The position numbers and the translations under genes are program-made. Below, piece by piece: positions 26,401-36,003 of a stretch of 64,000 nt of DNA. Position 1 is the first letter of the stretch; the number at the start of each line of letters is the position of its first letter. This DNA is from Giardia intestinalis (taxonomy: Eukaryota), in the NCBI GenBank assembly GCA_000002435.2, contig CM018792.1; one strand, written 5' to 3'. The notes under the pieces are model-generated. The model was given only the letters and a program-made list of their open reading frames with translations, was not told the DNA's origin and searched no databases.

Positions 26401-27436
26401 GAGAGCTTTCGCATATCTTGCAGTTTGCTGAGCAGGATCTACAAGACATCGAATAGGCATCACCGTATGTGCCAATGGGGCATGCAGCGTAGCAACTGAC
26501 AAAACCAGTTGCAGAGTCGGTAAGACTATAGTAATTCTGGAAGCACTTGTGACACTGCACTGGACCCGGTGTCGATGGAAGAGTACATTGGGAGCAGAAC
26601 TCTATACCTAAATATCCTTCGTGCTGAGAGCTAGTATCTCCGCACCCAATGCATACTCTTTTAGATCCGATCATCAGCTCTTGCGCGTTCGCTCGGCACT
26701 TGTCACAGTCGTCTTTAGAAGAACAGACAGCACAGTGATGCCTGCACAGCATGCACACGCCTGTGCTATCAAGGAAAAAGCCCTCCTTGCAGCTTGAGCA
26801 TGTGCTCTTGCCATTTGGACACGAGCTACAGTTAGGAACCTCGCAAGGAATGCACATTCCGGTTGCATCAGTGGAAAATCCGTCGGCACACTGTGTGCAT
26901 TTGCCATCACTCACAGTACCTGCACAGACAAGCTTTCCGAGACTAGAGCTCTTGGAGACACAACCACCATTGAACAGGAAGGAGGAAAACCCGCACTTGG
27001 TGCACACGTTATTGGCACAGGTATCGAACGGATTTGCACTATCACAAATGCCATTGACCGGCACATAATCCAAATATGCACACTGCGAACAATACGTGGC
27101 GCCCCCCAGAACATATCGATTTTCAACTGCACATATTAGTGGCGCATACTTTCCATTGAGATCGTAACAGCCGTCTTCAAACAGCATATAGTCTGAGGTG
27201 CACGATCCGCACTTAGTATTATAGCCCTGCAAGGTGATGCATATGTTAGGGTCATCGGGAACACATATACCGTTAATAGGAACGGTATTGAAGGTCATGC
27301 AATCAGTACAGACTGTGTCTTCTCCTAGCTTAAGAGAATGGTAACACTTTAAATCAGAAGTAGCTGTTTCCACAGAAGAAAAACCCTTTATGCGAGCAAT
27401 CCGAAGGGCTAGTAATCCAACGGAGAAGACCAGCAT
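23429..27436 (-). CDS. High-cysteine membrane protein (HCMP; VSP-like ectodomain without CRGKA tail)
   Basis: Signal peptide MLVFSVGLLALRIA. Dozens of CXXC/CXC motifs across 1335 aa. TM LSLTIGLSVTAVALLLIALGILLWKLL followed by a ~45-aa tail ending ..INLSIT rather than CRGKA. Confidence 0.88.
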   Translation of the reverse strand: MLVFSVGLLALRIARIKGFSSVETATSDLKCYHSLKLGEDTVCTDCMTFNTVPINGICVPDDPNICITLQGYNTKCGSCTSDYMLFEDGCYDLNGKYAPLICAVENRYVLGGATYCSQCAYLDYVPVNGICDSANPFDTCANNVCTKCGFSSFLFNGGCVSKSSSLGKLVCAGTVSDGKCTQCADGFSTDATGMCIPCEVPNCSSCPNGKSTCSSCKEGFFLDSTGVCMLCRHHCAVCSSKDDCDKCRANAQELMIGSKRVCIGCGDTSSQHEGYLGIEFCSQCTLPSTPGPVQCHKCFQNYYSLTDSATGFVSCYAACPIGTYGDAYSMSCRSCSANCKICESSHSCTECTPGYYPGFMSCVPCKVSGCSRCTSGYAGDTCEMCLPETPYMNLAGTECIAACPTGSKPDTSTPTKCICDFGYGLAENKNACMNCSDRYCKLCAEDPSVCTECFYGTKADGAVECPPPVCADNCVSCAQAGHNFCDICQEGFRLTADLKCARCSDENCLTCANDAAVCTGCQYGFRLSSSGTCIQCGSGCKVCNESMCIECSNTAHFVSIDGVSCDTECPSHSTPVSDSNASRCVCNNGYTPELEARLCVEEPKVCPLGCICESAPVCSGCADGFFEKDPDRTDSGRCHSCALTTDSQGDQTTTGCKICRLVEDTILCSECLPNYKLYDSNGVVHCMKTCPSGTHDTGSHCVKCLTNNCMQCNADKTVCEVCVHDYYLWENECISCSSLECAECGLLNTCTKCMSTKKCRACAIPHCRTCNALGKCTVCEKGFYGPMCQPCGGNCLTCSSENPGLCLECQSGSIMSMGKCYNMCTEGEGSGKCAIGSCDMQTGACMRCSVLSEFPINGLCTSDPRGNNCLAGRCIECTAGYFFHGNGCYSIAAVPGNGICVASLRGYCTACHDGYSLQKDECVLCKVSGCAKCVSDPTICELCTIKAYVVDPAGSSCVPKCAVPSFGVSSSSKHCVLCTDQNCLECTDLADNCSRCKIGYHLVEGTCVACHSTCLTCSGPGESDCLTCIKGKAHSAGTGSSTCTDACVENSRNCLLCNAVIFGTAYCSQCTSGHYPINGDCHMAARDLICLNGKNGICTHCAPGYFLYSGGCYQSDRLPGSYVCAQSATDEGLGVCSKCQLGYGPLSGSCTPCESTNCQACEYSSNICTVCSDGYYGDSCVQCPKTCASCKSNLQCTQCAEGYFAATDYEVFDPSHCVACSDEEGKNGYVGMQGCLSCVGPAVPGPILCLSEAGPYVPVVPPASNARLSLTIGLSVTAVALLLIALGILLWKLLSARKLSRTRCMHLPGSTTELLAGASGTGQSMIFDSINLSIT

Positions 27437-27800
27437 TTTATTTTCATCTTTTCATAAAATTAGCAATAGCTGTTGCATAGTGTAACCGGAGTTGTAAGCA
27501 GTGATTCACTACCCCTGCTTCCAAATACAGCAGTAAATACCGGAACGCTTAAGCATGCCTTTTTTCCAGGCAGTAGCCAGATTTCAAGAGTGTTATGTTC
27601 CAGCGGATATTCCGTCATGCGCTAGCTGGCATGGAGCGATGGACACGCCAACGTTGCTGTCGGCTTGGGGCGAGACGTCCATCCAATCAATCCTCAAACT
27701 GACTGACTTTAGAGTCAGTCGTCTCACGGAGCAGTGGTTGCACTGTGTCTTTTATATGTGTCTGCACCAAGGAGGGTGTGGTTGAAAGGCCCAAAAAACA

Positions 27801-30473
27801 ATGATAAATTTCCAGGCTGATGAGAGCGCATTTAACCAGCGATGCTTTCTTAATCCGCCTTATATGGTTAAGCCAGTGACTGAAGTCGCTCTTCCTCAGG
27901 GTGCAAGTGTGATAGAGCAGCAACTGCAGAAAGCACGAGGCCCCCGTGTTACGCTTGAAACGCCTGCTGCGGCGAACCATAACGGTTCACATAATAATTC
28001 AGCAGATAAAGAGCCAGCAAGCACTGCCCCCACATTTGTGACTTTTGAGGCGGCCCAGACTGTTTCCAATCCGCCCAAAGTGAAGTCTATGCAGCCCGAG
28101 AATCTGGGGCAAGAGGACGCCGCAGATATCTTTATGGATGTATTCCAGAGCGCAGCAGAGTCTCTGAATCCGGTCGCCCACATTGAGAGGCCACTTATAG
28201 ATGAGCCCTTTGCAAACCTCATTCCTGCAAATGTTGAGCAAAATAAGCGAGGGGCGAACCCATATAACAGCCGTACAAATGCATCCGTAAACTATGAAAC
28301 GCTTCGGCCACGCGGACTTGTCAACTCCCTTTCCAAGCTTATCTTTGTTCGCACTGGCAATCTACGGACGATGTCTGACACCGACTTCAAGCTTTATGTA
28401 GCTAACTTGGGAGGCACGGTAACTACGGCTGTCAGTGGGCGGACAAGTTACCTAGTCGTCGGAGATGATCCTGGTGTAACAAAAATTAGGGACGCAAAGG
28501 CCAAATTTGTACGTATTATTTCAGAAAAGGAGTTTTATGATCTTGTTGTGAAGAAGAGCGGCGTTCCCGATTGGGTACCTTGGGTATCCTTCACTGAGAG
28601 CCTCCAACCTCTTACTACAGACGAACTTGCAGATGTTATTGCAGAGCACAATAAGCAGTACGAGTCTTCTGGTCAGGGCGGAGCAGGAGAAGAGCTGGTT
28701 GCCTTAGGAGCTATAGCAAGTTCTTCTATTGGTGATTCCGCCACCTCTACTGTAAAAGCAGAAAACTTTGACCAGCCTGAAAAGAAAACTACTGGTGTTC
28801 AGGGATCCACGGCTAGCAGAGAAGAGCATGAAAAGCATAAAGAGCTTGTCCGCTTCCAAACACCTATGTCTGAACTAGATTGGTTGATGAAGCATACACC
28901 TACTCGCATTTCTGCGGTTGTTGGGAACAATATAATGATCAATCAGCTTAGGCTTTGGCTTACAGACTGGGCGGATGTCTTCATAAACAAAGTGCCGGTG
29001 GAGTCTGTCCTCTCTTCAGAAGGGTATGCGAGGTACAACAAGGGCATGGGAGAACGCTTTCAGTTCAAGGCAGCTCTGGTTTCGGGGCCTTCGGGTATTG
29101 GAAAGACCCTCGCCGTTAATCTTATCGTCAAGGAGAGTAGCTACTCTCCTTATTACCTGAGTGTCGCCGAGCAGCGCAGCAAGCTTTCACTCCAGGAGGC
29201 GCTATCCGATGTCTTTGAGAGCTGTGGGATCATTAGGTTCTTAGGCGGGGCACAGAGGTTGAGCAGGTCGACAAGCAACGATAGTAAGACAGGCCTATGC
29301 TTAATAATCGACGAGTGTGAGAGTATGGACGCTGGAGGTGCTAGTTACTTGCTCTCAGTAATGAACAAGGAGTCTAACCGTGTCCCCATAATCTTTATCT
29401 GTAACAATGCGCACGACCAGAAGCTGAAGACCCTACGTAGCAAATGTGCACTGTTCCCCTTTGAGCGACCTCAGAAGGACATGATCGGGAAGTTTCTTTT
29501 GTCTGTTGCCGAAGCAGAGAACGTGTCTCTCCAATCTGGTCATGCAAGTCTTATTGCAGAGCGTGTGCGCAGTGACGTCCGCTATGCCATCAATGAGCTG
29601 CAGTTCAGGACAGCAGGTAGCAAAGATTCGTCATACTCAGCGAAAGCGTTGTCGTCACTTCATATTGTCACGGCAGCACCAACGATGTTTGAAACCTGGA
29701 ATCTCATTCTCGACTACCGCGTGCTCAAGCAGTGGGTTGCCAACACAAAGCAGGATGGCTGCTATCGATCTCTTATAACGCTCCACATGGGAGACCCTTC
29801 TTTGAATACTGCGGGGATATTCCAGAACTATCGCACGAAGACAGCCGGGCTCTTGAGCTACACCTCTGTCCTGTCCGACTTGCTATCCACGAGCGAGACC
29901 ATGCTGGCTAGGATGATGTCTGTTGGTGACTGGTCGTGTAGCCGCGATCAGGCCGTGTTTTCTGCTGTACTGCCGAACCTCATACTTTCTACCCTTGATC
30001 TCACAGGAACAGGAAGCTTTGGAACCTTTCGCCAAAATACTTTCCCAGGAATGGTGTTGAATGCAGTGAGTTCTGCTAAGTCGGCAGCTGCAAAGGTGGA
30101 CGAGTTTTGGACAAGGTCGGCTAGGCTAGGCACCTCGGGGAGGGGCAGTATACTAGCGTCAAACATGCCCATGTTTGCGTCTTTAATTGCTAATGGATGG
30201 GAGCTTTGTGGAGACGCTCTTTTGCAACATATGAAAAAAGGAAGAGAGCTCGCTCCAGATGAAGACTGCTTTGCTTCTCTGCTAACGGACACATTTAGCG
30301 GCGTTTCTATGGATACGTGGAAAGAGTTCAAAGAGATTCAGGAGATACCTCTCGTCAGTGGGAAGTCGCAGACAGCCCTCACCAGCTACCTTCAAGGCAT
30401 TATGGACTACGACTATCGGTCTATAGCGCCTTCCTCTAAAAAGAATCCTCGTGCCCGAAAAGTAAAGCAGTAG
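27801..30473 (+). CDS. RFC1: Replication factor C large subunit (RFC1-like)
   Basis: BRCT-like segment (FVRTGNL..GGTVTTAVSGRTSYLVVGDDPG..KAKFVRIISEKEF). AAA+ Walker A SGPSGIGKT and Walker B LIIDECESM. RFC1-type C-terminal domain. Confidence 0.82.
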   Translation: MINFQADESAFNQRCFLNPPYMVKPVTEVALPQGASVIEQQLQKARGPRVTLETPAAANHNGSHNNSADKEPASTAPTFVTFEAAQTVSNPPKVKSMQPENLGQEDAADIFMDVFQSAAESLNPVAHIERPLIDEPFANLIPANVEQNKRGANPYNSRTNASVNYETLRPRGLVNSLSKLIFVRTGNLRTMSDTDFKLYVANLGGTVTTAVSGRTSYLVVGDDPGVTKIRDAKAKFVRIISEKEFYDLVVKKSGVPDWVPWVSFTESLQPLTTDELADVIAEHNKQYESSGQGGAGEELVALGAIASSSIGDSATSTVKAENFDQPEKKTTGVQGSTASREEHEKHKELVRFQTPMSELDWLMKHTPTRISAVVGNNIMINQLRLWLTDWADVFINKVPVESVLSSEGYARYNKGMGERFQFKAALVSGPSGIGKTLAVNLIVKESSYSPYYLSVAEQRSKLSLQEALSDVFESCGIIRFLGGAQRLSRSTSNDSKTGLCLIIDECESMDAGGASYLLSVMNKESNRVPIIFICNNAHDQKLKTLRSKCALFPFERPQKDMIGKFLLSVAEAENVSLQSGHASLIAERVRSDVRYAINELQFRTAGSKDSSYSAKALSSLHIVTAAPTMFETWNLILDYRVLKQWVANTKQDGCYRSLITLHMGDPSLNTAGIFQNYRTKTAGLLSYTSVLSDLLSTSETMLARMMSVGDWSCSRDQAVFSAVLPNLILSTLDLTGTGSFGTFRQNTFPGMVLNAVSSAKSAAAKVDEFWTRSARLGTSGRGSILASNMPMFASLIANGWELCGDALLQHMKKGRELAPDEDCFASLLTDTFSGVSMDTWKEFKEIQEIPLVSGKSQTALTSYLQGIMDYDYRSIAPSSKKNPRARKVKQ

Positions 30474-30493
30474 TTCTTACGTAAAACATTTAA

Positions 30494-31105
30494 ATGATTA
30501 ATTTGAGGGTAGAAGAGATCTATGAGCGGCTTGCCTCCGTAATGGCCGCTCTGCCGCTGCATGTGGCCGTGCGCCCCCATGGGATAAGTAAGCATATGCT
30601 CCTCGAACGTTTCGAGAACAACAGAAAGGCTGACAGCGAGCTTTTCAAGAAGCAAGAGCAGACACAGCCAGCGTTCACGGAAGAGGCCTCAGATGATACC
30701 TCGTCCAGTGCCTCTCCTGAAAGTGACACCGACGACATCCAGGCAGCTAATCTTGGCGCAGTTGGGAGCGAAAAAGTCCAGATACTCGACGGCATCCCCC
30801 GGTCCCGCAAGGCTGCTGATAAGCGTGCTTTGAAGGAGGCCATTGCAGCTAAGAAGGAACGGGAACAGGCGATTGCTGCGGCCGCTAAGGGAGACCGGGC
30901 CGCGATGGACAGCGTCGTTGACAAAGAGTACGACGTGGCAATGCGGCGGGCGTCTGGTAAAAAGGTGCGCGACGACCCCGCGCGGATTCGTAAGTCGATG
31001 AGGAACAATCAAGGCAGGCGGCCCCGGGGGAAAGCAGCTTCAAAGCCCCAGAAGCCGAAGTTCCCCATGAAGTCCCAGGCGGGGTTCGGAAGAGGCCCGA
31101 AGTGA
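30494..31105 (+). CDS. Nucleolar SURF6/Rrp14-like protein
   Basis: Acidic Ser-rich centre. The basic C-terminus GKKVRDDPARIRKSMRNNQGRRPRGKA resembles the SURF6/Rrp14 KVKDD..LLKK block. Medium-confidence call made from memory. Confidence 0.5.
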   Translation: MINLRVEEIYERLASVMAALPLHVAVRPHGISKHMLLERFENNRKADSELFKKQEQTQPAFTEEASDDTSSSASPESDTDDIQAANLGAVGSEKVQILDGIPRSRKAADKRALKEAIAAKKEREQAIAAAAKGDRAAMDSVVDKEYDVAMRRASGKKVRDDPARIRKSMRNNQGRRPRGKAASKPQKPKFPMKSQAGFGRGPK

Positions 31106-31124
31106 GACGTAAATGCTGATCGAT

Positions 31125-31487
31125 TTACTTCGCATGCCCCTTGCCGGCGGTCTGCTTGGCCGTCTTAGCTGTCTGAGCGGCGATTTCCCTCAGAGCCTGG
31201 TTCTCTTCATTGAGGAACGACTCCAAGATGTGAGCACGGAGCGCAGACCCGCAGAGCTTGCCGCCGTAGGGACGCGAGACTTTTCGCTGCTGGCGCGTGA
31301 GGTGCTGGGGGATCACACGGGGAATGCCGTGGATCTGTTTGCCGGTCTCTGCGCAATGGGGGGCATTCGGCAGCTTCTTAACGCGGAGGGACGTCAGCCT
31401 GTTCCCGGGAGTGCGCTTGTAACGCACGATCTTCGAGCGAGTCCTGTATGTGGAGTGGAAGCGGCAAGTGACGCGACAGTCGGCCAT
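31125..31487 (-). CDS. RPL34: 60S ribosomal protein eL34
   Basis: ..YRTRSKIVRYKRTPGNRLTSLRVKK...C..TGKQIHGI....RKVSRPYGGKLCGSALR matches the eL34 family. Confidence 0.92.
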   Translation of the reverse strand: MADCRVTCRFHSTYRTRSKIVRYKRTPGNRLTSLRVKKLPNAPHCAETGKQIHGIPRVIPQHLTRQQRKVSRPYGGKLCGSALRAHILESFLNEENQALREIAAQTAKTAKQTAGKGHAK

Positions 31488-31699
31488 CTCGGGCGGGCAG
31501 CTCTTTAGTAATTAAAAGCCAATTTAAAATTCTTTCTATTTTTAAAACGAGAATGTATCGAGCGAGCCTCGGAGGAACCAGAGAGGGGTAGTGATAGCGG
31601 AGACCGTGTCCCGGCCAGCGTGCAAGCGAGCCTTTGTGTACGATAACAGAGAAAATTATATCTTACAATGACGTCAAATCGCGATTTAAACGAAATAAA

Positions 31700-32404
31700 A
31701 TGATCACTCCTCTGCTCCTTGTGCTCTCCCTCGGCAAGGTTGTCGAGTTAGGCAAAGATGAATTCAACACGCTGCGCAATTCCGGCGCCTCCATGTCTGT
31801 TGTCTTCTATGCCCCGTGGTGTGGACACTGCAAGAATCTGAAGCCAGAGTACGCTAAGGCCGGGGCAGAGCTGGATGGTGTTGTGGACCTTTACATGGTT
31901 GACTGCACCAATGAGAGCAACGGGGGGAAGGATCTCTGTGGGGAGTTCGACGTTCAGGGCTTTCCCACGATAAAGATGATAAACACTGAGAAGGATAGTG
32001 TGCTCGACTATAACGGCGCAAGGGAGGCGAAGGCTCTTCGCTCGTTTGTCCTCTATAACATGAAGAAGCCGTTCAGGGACCATAGGACTCCAAAGGCCTT
32101 CCTGGAAGCCGTGAAAGCAGCGAAGGAGGACGGAAAGCTGCACCTGTTTATAGTCACTGAGAGCAAGGCAGCCAGCAGCTATCTCTTCAAGCTGGCCAAG
32201 AAGGTGTCCGAGAAGATGTCTATTCACGTGCTCCTCAACAGTACGGCGGACAAGATCAAAGAGCTCACCGAGGGCGGCTTGGAGAAGCACATCTCTGCTG
32301 GAAAGCTCTCCCTCTTCACTGTCAAGAAGAGTGCCACGGAGTCCTTCAGCGGGGCCAACACACCTGGCGAGATAGAGAAGTGGCTCCATAACCACGCCAA
32401 GTGA
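31700..32404 (+). CDS. Protein disulfide isomerase, single thioredoxin domain
   Basis: The first ATG (31700) is preceded by AAATAAA (track start is GTG). Signal peptide MITPLLLVLSLG. Active site APWCGHCKNLKPEY. Confidence 0.88.
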   Translation: MITPLLLVLSLGKVVELGKDEFNTLRNSGASMSVVFYAPWCGHCKNLKPEYAKAGAELDGVVDLYMVDCTNESNGGKDLCGEFDVQGFPTIKMINTEKDSVLDYNGAREAKALRSFVLYNMKKPFRDHRTPKAFLEAVKAAKEDGKLHLFIVTESKAASSYLFKLAKKVSEKMSIHVLLNSTADKIKELTEGGLEKHISAGKLSLFTVKKSATESFSGANTPGEIEKWLHNHAK

Positions 32405-32406
32405 AT
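32400..32406 (+). terminator. AGTGAAT poly(A) signal overlapping the PDI stop codon
   Basis: AGTRAAY match containing the TGA at 32402-32404. Confidence 0.55.
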
Positions 32407-32454
32407 GTAAACGTTTACTGCGGGTCTAGTAGATTTGTTCCAGGACCTGTAAGG

Positions 32455-33240
32455 ATGACGCTACTCTGTCCGGAGGTGATGGCTGGGTCGCTGGGAATGG
32501 CGGCTGTTTTGACCGACAGCATAGTCCAGTGTGCCTTGCTGGGCATTTCTGGAAGAGCGCTAGCCGACTTTCTGTTGTATCCCGGCGGGGCCCTCGAATA
32601 TGCGTCACTGTTACACGCGTGCTTCTCCATCAGTAACCAGGTGTACAATATCCGCAAGAGAGATGGCAACAGCTGGGCCGATGTCACACGGCTAGGCCTC
32701 CAGTTGTGTGTCAGTGCCCTGTCAACAGGAGTCAGTGCGCTGCTTGTAGGTGAGCGATACTCGATACAGTTGACCCTCTCCGCCGTCGCTTTTGCACTGA
32801 TGATTGGGTTGCTAGGACTGACGGAGGCGCTATTCCAAAGGATGCTGCTGTGGAGGGCCGCAGTAGGGCTGCAAGTCGTCAGCCTACTGTACCGTCTGAT
32901 AATGCACTCTGTGCTGTATGCAAAGCGTGTCCACTGGGAGCTGGATGTCGAGTACTATCACGTCCAGGAGTACAATCTGTGCATAGCCATTTTTGTGACC
33001 TGTAGCACGCTCATATCCATTTCAACGAGCAACCCTGGGGCTGCAGTCTGCGCTGTCGCAGTATTGCTTGGCTTAACGATTCGAAGTACGCTGAAATGGC
33101 AGTTGGGGGCTTTTAGAAACATGTGCATTGGCTGCCTAGTCCTTGCTATTGTCAATGCCGCCCAAGTAGTCTATAACACGGAGGTCCGACACCCTGTCCA
33201 AAAATCGCAGCAAAGCAAATTAATTAAAAATGGCACGTGA
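32455..33240 (+). CDS. Multi-pass membrane protein, 261 aa, hypothetical
   Basis: First ATG at 32455 (track start is GTG). About 6 hydrophobic helices. The 3' end overlaps the NDK start by 11 nt. Confidence 0.55.
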   Translation: MTLLCPEVMAGSLGMAAVLTDSIVQCALLGISGRALADFLLYPGGALEYASLLHACFSISNQVYNIRKRDGNSWADVTRLGLQLCVSALSTGVSALLVGERYSIQLTLSAVAFALMIGLLGLTEALFQRMLLWRAAVGLQVVSLLYRLIMHSVLYAKRVHWELDVEYYHVQEYNLCIAIFVTCSTLISISTSNPGAAVCAVAVLLGLTIRSTLKWQLGAFRNMCIGCLVLAIVNAAQVVYNTEVRHPVQKSQQSKLIKNGT

Positions 33241-33685
33241 ACGCACCTTTCTCATGGTGAAGCCGGACGGTGTCCAGCGCGGCCTCGTCGGCGAGATAAT
33301 CTCCCGCTTCGAGCGCAGGGGCTTCAAGCTGGTCGCCATGAAGTTCTTTGTGCCTTCGAAGAACCTTGTCGAGGAGCACTACAAGGAGCACGCCGCCAGG
33401 CCTTTCTTCGCCGGGCTCTGCAAGTTCTTGTCCAGCGGCCCCGTCTGCGCCATGGTCTGGGAGGGCGCCAATGTGGTGAGCATATCCCGCACCATGATGG
33501 GGGTCACGAAGCCGGCCGAGTCTGCTCCCGGCACGATACGCGGGGACTTCGGCATTGACGTCGGGAGGAACATCATTCACGGCTCTGCCAATCTCGATGA
33601 TGCGGCGCGTGAGATAGCTCTCTGGTTCAAGCCAGAGGAGGTGGCCTCGTGGAGCTGCTCTCTCGAGAGCCACATCTATGAGTGA
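33230..33685 (+). CDS. NDK: Nucleoside diphosphate kinase
   Basis: [34 protein letters not shown]...GTIRGDFG.....N.IHGS. Full-length match to the NDK family pattern, including the active-site His. ATG preceded by TTAAAA. Confidence 0.95.
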   Translation: MARERTFLMVKPDGVQRGLVGEIISRFERRGFKLVAMKFFVPSKNLVEEHYKEHAARPFFAGLCKFLSSGPVCAMVWEGANVVSISRTMMGVTKPAESAPGTIRGDFGIDVGRNIIHGSANLDDAAREIALWFKPEEVASWSCSLESHIYE

Positions 33686-33687
33686 AC
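33681..33687 (+). terminator. AGTGAAC poly(A) signal overlapping the NDK stop codon
   Basis: Exact AGTRAAY match containing the TGA at 33683-33685. Confidence 0.6.
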
Positions 33688-34208
33688 CCATTTGGCCGTT
33701 CCTAATTAGTGACCAGAAACTCTCATTGTGGTTTTGGTATTTCTCCAAAACCAAAGATTGGACTGGGTGAGTGTGTATTAGAACTTACGCACGACGCGCT
33801 CCTCGCTCCTGCGGCCCACTTATTTATCTGCTCATAACTAGAACACCGCGTGGGATGCTCCTTTCGGCCGGCATTCTCCCTTCGCTTATCTCAAGTTACG
33901 TTGGACAGACTCTACGACCGACGTCCCTGAAAAGGCCAGTCAATCAGCCTATTATGGGCATCAAGTGCTGGGGCCTGGCGTCAAGCTGCTCCTTCTTGAG
34001 TCTCAGCGGAGATGCGCTTTACTGTAGTGGAGTTGTCGGTCAATATTTTTCTGTAGGTACACTGAAAGCTATTGACTAGAGAGGATCCTTATCTGGGGGT
34101 TCTGATTCCAGCCACACCTCAGCGTGGGTTTTGAGAAAACACTGCGGGGGCGTCTTTTTCCGCCGGTCAACATTTTCACAGAGCTCGTTTTAAAATATCA
34201 AGGTATAC

Positions 34209-35978
34209 ATGCAAGTCGAAGACCCTGGTGCGCGTAGCACAGTTCTCACAGAGGTATCCGTGCAGGGCGCCGTGGAGGATGGATCTGCAGCCCAGCAGCA
34301 GGCCGCCAAATCTGCACCTCCGAAGAAGGCTGGATCGCATCTCTATTCGTACGGGACGATGATCGGCATCGCTATAAACTACATTATAGGAACTGGCGCT
34401 CTATCTCTTTCTGTTACCATGGGGAGTGCAGGCGTTCTCATGACAGTCATAATCCTCATCATTGGCTCGGGAATCACTCTCTTTCTTGCGATCTACTTCA
34501 CAGAGGTTTTGGCGCGTGCGTATGCTCTGGCCAGAGGCGGATTTGCTCCCGAAGACATCCTTAACAAGCTGCACGAGTACGAAAATCCCGTCTCGGCCAC
34601 TGCCTCTGCCGAGGGCTCCAACGCAAGCGCTGCCATTGGGAACGCTACTATTGAGGGCGGTAAGGCCTGCAACACACTCTCTCCCGATTACTCTCTTTCC
34701 ACAGAATGCGAGTTTTGCATTTCTGAGCTCATGAAGATGTTCTATGGGAAGCCAGGCTTCTACATCTATCAGGTTTCTAATTTGATCTACTTCTTCGGGA
34801 CGGTCTGGAGCTACGGAAACGTCGTCGCATCGTCTCTGACTTCCATTATTCCGATGTACAGTCTTCCGGGTAGTCCTAAGACGTGGGAGTGTGATGTTAA
34901 TAAGATGAGTAAGTTAGGTGATCCTTGTTATACCGCTTACTGGATTTGGCTGTGTATTGCCATGGTCATCGCTTGTATTCTGATATTCTTTGATTTGAGT
35001 CAGCAAAAGGTCCTGCAAACAATCTTCACTGGGTGCCGATTTGCTACCATTGCACTGGTTCTTCTTTTTACGATTGTGGGATATTCCAGGGGGCCATATT
35101 CTAAAACCTATTCTAAAGGAAATGCTAGCTCAGCCATAAGAATATTGGAAACGGATATATACTGGATTGCTAATCAGTTTTCATCCATTGTATTCTGCCA
35201 GGTTTGCCACCATTCCATTCCGGAAATCATCCGACCAGTCAAGAAGGAGCACCACGGGAAAATTAACTTCGGATTCACAATCACCTATATGGTCATCTTT
35301 GTCATAACGTCGCTTATTTTGTTCATGTGTGGATCGTACTTTGGGACGCTTGGTGAGGGGTTATTGACGCTGAACTTTGGTCAATGGCACGGTACAGACT
35401 GGAATCTCTGTGCTAAAGACAAAACAGGTGGTGCAGAGATGGTTCTTGGCTATATTGTGCGTGTGCTGCCGCCTATATACGTGACGACAGCAATCCCCAT
35501 CAATGCGCTTACAATGTCCAATAATCTTTTGTCGCTTTTCCCTCTGAGGCTCCAAAAGCATCTTGCTTTGGTCGTTTTTGCTAAGCTCATCTCTATCATT
35601 CCGGCTATGATGATGGCTGGGCTCGTTAAGGACCTGAACAAGATTGTCGGCTTCTCTGGACTGACGGGTTTTGTTATTATCAGCGTGTCTGCTCTCATGA
35701 TCATCAAGGGTAGAAAGCTTTGCAAGCAGCACTTTGGAGACGCCAACCTAAGAACGCCGTTCAACTCGTGGTCTTCCCACATCGCTATAATATATACGAT
35801 ACTTGTGATAACTGGCGTTGGGTTCATATTGACAACTTATTCCGTCGTTGCGGATGCAATAGGTAAGGCAAGTCCAAGGTATGTTAGTGAATACCCTGAT
35901 TGCAAAAATAACACGGGTACCACGTCCTTGTCTCTTGTTTCCACTACTGTTGATAATTGTCCGTACAATAAAAAATAA
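34209..35978 (+). CDS. Amino-acid transporter (AAAP/Aa_trans-like), ~11 TM
   Basis: N-terminal motif GTMIGIAINYIIGTGALSL typical of Aa_trans permeases. Hydrophobic helices are spread across all 589 aa. Confidence 0.7.
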   Translation: MQVEDPGARSTVLTEVSVQGAVEDGSAAQQQAAKSAPPKKAGSHLYSYGTMIGIAINYIIGTGALSLSVTMGSAGVLMTVIILIIGSGITLFLAIYFTEVLARAYALARGGFAPEDILNKLHEYENPVSATASAEGSNASAAIGNATIEGGKACNTLSPDYSLSTECEFCISELMKMFYGKPGFYIYQVSNLIYFFGTVWSYGNVVASSLTSIIPMYSLPGSPKTWECDVNKMSKLGDPCYTAYWIWLCIAMVIACILIFFDLSQQKVLQTIFTGCRFATIALVLLFTIVGYSRGPYSKTYSKGNASSAIRILETDIYWIANQFSSIVFCQVCHHSIPEIIRPVKKEHHGKINFGFTITYMVIFVITSLILFMCGSYFGTLGEGLLTLNFGQWHGTDWNLCAKDKTGGAEMVLGYIVRVLPPIYVTTAIPINALTMSNNLLSLFPLRLQKHLALVVFAKLISIIPAMMMAGLVKDLNKIVGFSGLTGFVIISVSALMIIKGRKLCKQHFGDANLRTPFNSWSSHIAIIYTILVITGVGFILTTYSVVADAIGKASPRYVSEYPDCKNNTGTTSLSLVSTTVDNCPYNKK

Positions 35979-36003
35979 ATAGTCAAGACGTTTTTCTTTT
36001 GCT

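Noticed and set aside
23429-27436. Calling the 1335-aa Cys-rich protein a variant-specific surface protein (VSP)
   Set aside because: It has the CXXC-rich ectodomain and a TM anchor, but the cytoplasmic tail is ~45 aa ending INLSIT instead of the invariant CRGKA. HCMP is the better call.
17763-33685. Other GC-rich stretches (eL32 at 17763-18173, NEK 5' half at ~20080-20720, 30880-31500 around eL34, NDK at 33230-33685) as further copies of the foreign element
   Set aside because: They encode conserved housekeeping proteins with normal amino-acid composition. The enrichment is confined to third codon positions (expression-type codon bias), and there is no sequence similarity to 741-4914.
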